Assembly (NCBI GenBank): GCA_963850305.1
Contig: CAWKKR010000004.1
Coordinates: forward strand, 416,001-480,000
DNA length: 64,000 nucleotides
From: an uncultured delta proteobacterium
GTDB taxonomy: Bacteria; Myxococcota_A; Polyangia; Polyangiales; Polyangiaceae
Reading direction: 5' to 3'
Positions within the stretch are counted from its first letter, which is position 1. Every line of letters starts with the position of its first letter. A model generated the notes under the pieces. The model was not told where the DNA came from, searched no databases, and was given only the letters and a program-made list of their open reading frames with translations. Shown here in pieces: positions 62,455 through 64,000 of the stretch. A program made the position numbers and the translations under genes.

Positions 62455-63480
62455 TCAGCGCTCCTCCTCCTCCATGTGCGCGCGGATGTGATCCGCGAAC
62501 TTCGGGCGCTGCTCCGGCGTGAGAATGCCGAGGATGGTCTCAGCCATGTGAATACGGCCGGTGGCCATCTCCTTGGCCATTGCGCCGGCTTTGTCGCCAA
62601 CGCCCGCCTTCTTCGCGTCGAACTTGTCCGATTCGAACGCCGTGCCCAGCGCCTTGAGGTGCGCCTTCATGGCTTCCATGCGCGCCTTCATCTTGGAGTG
62701 CTCGGCCTTCATCTCTTCCTTCATCTTGGCGTGCAGCTTGGTCCGCTGATCCGGGGTAAGCCCGAGCGCATCGGCGAGCTTTTCATGCTCCGCGTTCTCG
62801 CGGTCTTCGTCCGAGGGGGCTCCTGCAGCCGGCGCAGGGGCGGCAGCCGGTGCCGCGGCCGACGCTGCGGGTGCTCCGGCCGCGCCAGGACCGTGCGCGC
62901 CGTGCTCGTGCTCGTGTTGTTCATGCATCTCTTCGGCGTGTGCCTGAAGCGAGTCGATCAACTGCTTGCGCTGACCGGCATCGAGGGTCGTGTGGAGGCG
63001 CGTCATGGCATCCTGCATGGCCGGTACGGCCCCCTCGGCTGCGGTCGACAGGGCCTTCACGTCGGTGTCGGTCTTCTTCTTATCGATCTTTCCGGCAGCA
63101 ACGCCATCGGCGATGTCGCCCACCAGGGTATGGCGGGCGTCCTTCGGCGCATCGGCAGCCTTGTCCATGTCCGCGAGGATGCCGTCGACCGCTGCCTTCT
63201 GCTCCGGGCGCAGCGTGACGTCAGCAAGGCTCTTCGCGAACATCCGCGCCATGCCGTGATGCTCGGGCGGCGGCGCAGGCGGCGGCGCCTCGACGGACGG
63301 CGCTGCCTCCGCGGTCGGTGCGGCAGTCGCGGATGCGGGCGGAGCGGGCGGAGGAGGGGTGACTGTTGCCGACGCGCTCGGTGCAGGCGGCGCGGCGGGC
63401 TCGGTCTGGCTTCCGCCGCAACCGACGACGAGGGCGAGGACCAATCCGATGGCGGTTCGTTGACTGATTTGAAGGTGCAT
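62455..63480 (-). CDS. Spy/CpxP (LTxxQ) family lipoprotein with duplicated domain and His-rich linker
   Basis: Lipobox VVGC; LRPEQ, LDAGQR, LTPDQR, LTPEQR; MHEQHEHEHGAH. Confidence 0.82.
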   Translation of the reverse strand: MHLQISQRTAIGLVLALVVGCGGSQTEPAAPPAPSASATVTPPPPAPPASATAAPTAEAAPSVEAPPPAPPPEHHGMARMFAKSLADVTLRPEQKAAVDGILADMDKAADAPKDARHTLVGDIADGVAAGKIDKKKTDTDVKALSTAAEGAVPAMQDAMTRLHTTLDAGQRKQLIDSLQAHAEEMHEQHEHEHGAHGPGAAGAPAASAAAPAAAPAPAAGAPSDEDRENAEHEKLADALGLTPDQRTKLHAKMKEEMKAEHSKMKARMEAMKAHLKALGTAFESDKFDAKKAGVGDKAGAMAKEMATGRIHMAETILGILTPEQRPKFADHIRAHMEEEER

Positions 63481-63790
63481 ATTTTGGGGTCTCCCCGGGT
63501 TGAACGAAAATGGCGAGTGCGGGCGGGAGACTAGTGCGCTTTTCGCGGCTCAGGAACACGTGGAATCGTCGGAGCACATAACAAATTGCAAAAGACCGTG
63601 GCCCGGGCCCTGGTCAGACCCATTCCGGCGACCAACCGTGACCTTCTGCCGACGAACCGTGGCCGGGAGGCCTCCGACCGGGCGCGGCGACGGCCCCCGA
63701 TGACCCGGTGGTTCGCGGGTTCCTTGTCCACGGCGCAGGATTCGTGGCAACGGCCAGGGGGTAGCGGCGAAGGACCGCCAGGAACGAGCC

Positions 63791-64000
63791 ATGAATCATC
63801 TACGAAAAGTTACGGGCTTCCGTCTCTGGGTTGGGGTCCTCCTGGCGCCCGTTGCGGCGGGCTGTGTCGCCAATCCGCTGGATGAAGGCAGTGCCGACGA
63901 CAGCACGACCCAGACGACGACGAGCGGCACGACCGGCACTCCCGCGACCACGACCCCCACGGGTGTCGACTGCGGACAGGATCCGACCTCCGGCGTCACC
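63791..64000 (+). CDS. lipoprotein, 3' end runs off the window
   Basis: MNHLRKV...LAPVAAGC lipobox, Thr-rich linker, DCGQDPTSGVT. Confidence 0.65.
   Translation, partial: MNHLRKVTGFRLWVGVLLAPVAAGCVANPLDEGSADDSTTQTTTSGTTGTPATTTPTGVDCGQDPTSGVT

Noticed and set aside
63481..63790. Riboswitch or sigma-54 promoter in the 310-bp divergent intergenic region
   Set aside because: No recognisable riboswitch consensus, and TGGCA at about 63745 lacks the TTGC -12 element.

Overview
GC-rich bacterial DNA (roughly 70% GC by eye). The gene style suggests Myxococcota, probably Polyangiaceae-like: Cys-rich lipoproteins, a eukaryote-like Ser/Thr kinase, and ECF sigma/FecR-TPR pairs. This assignment is inferred. 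About 57 CDS are supported. I found no rRNA, tRNA, CRISPR array or transposase. Main blocks: (1) 1-10.6 kb, mixed lipid/metabolic genes, an orphan gene beside a 15-unit 21-bp repeat array, a 32-aa Lys-rich peptide and a multi-hairpin REP-like repeat (second copy at 13.5 kb). (2) Two ECF sigma + FecR/TPR + putative outer-membrane protein modules (10.6-13.5 kb and 56.4-61.7 kb) with no TonB-dependent receptor. (3) A ~21 kb envelope glycoconjugate locus (13.6-34.7 kb): three GT-C-like membrane proteins, two 'spermidine synthase-like' polytopic methyltransferases lacking SpeE catalytic motifs, MBOAT+SGNH, acyltransferase-3, a desaturase, Zn-ribbon methyltransferases, a GT2-methyltransferase fusion, gmd and an epimerase. 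This is the best candidate for an undescribed system. (4) Slt with a FliJ-like gene, carB, an MscS + paired cation/H+ antiporter operon, a second 21-bp array, yaeQ and others. Four genes carry single-base frameshifts in C/G runs, probably sequencing errors. All functional calls come from motif recognition only; no database search was run.
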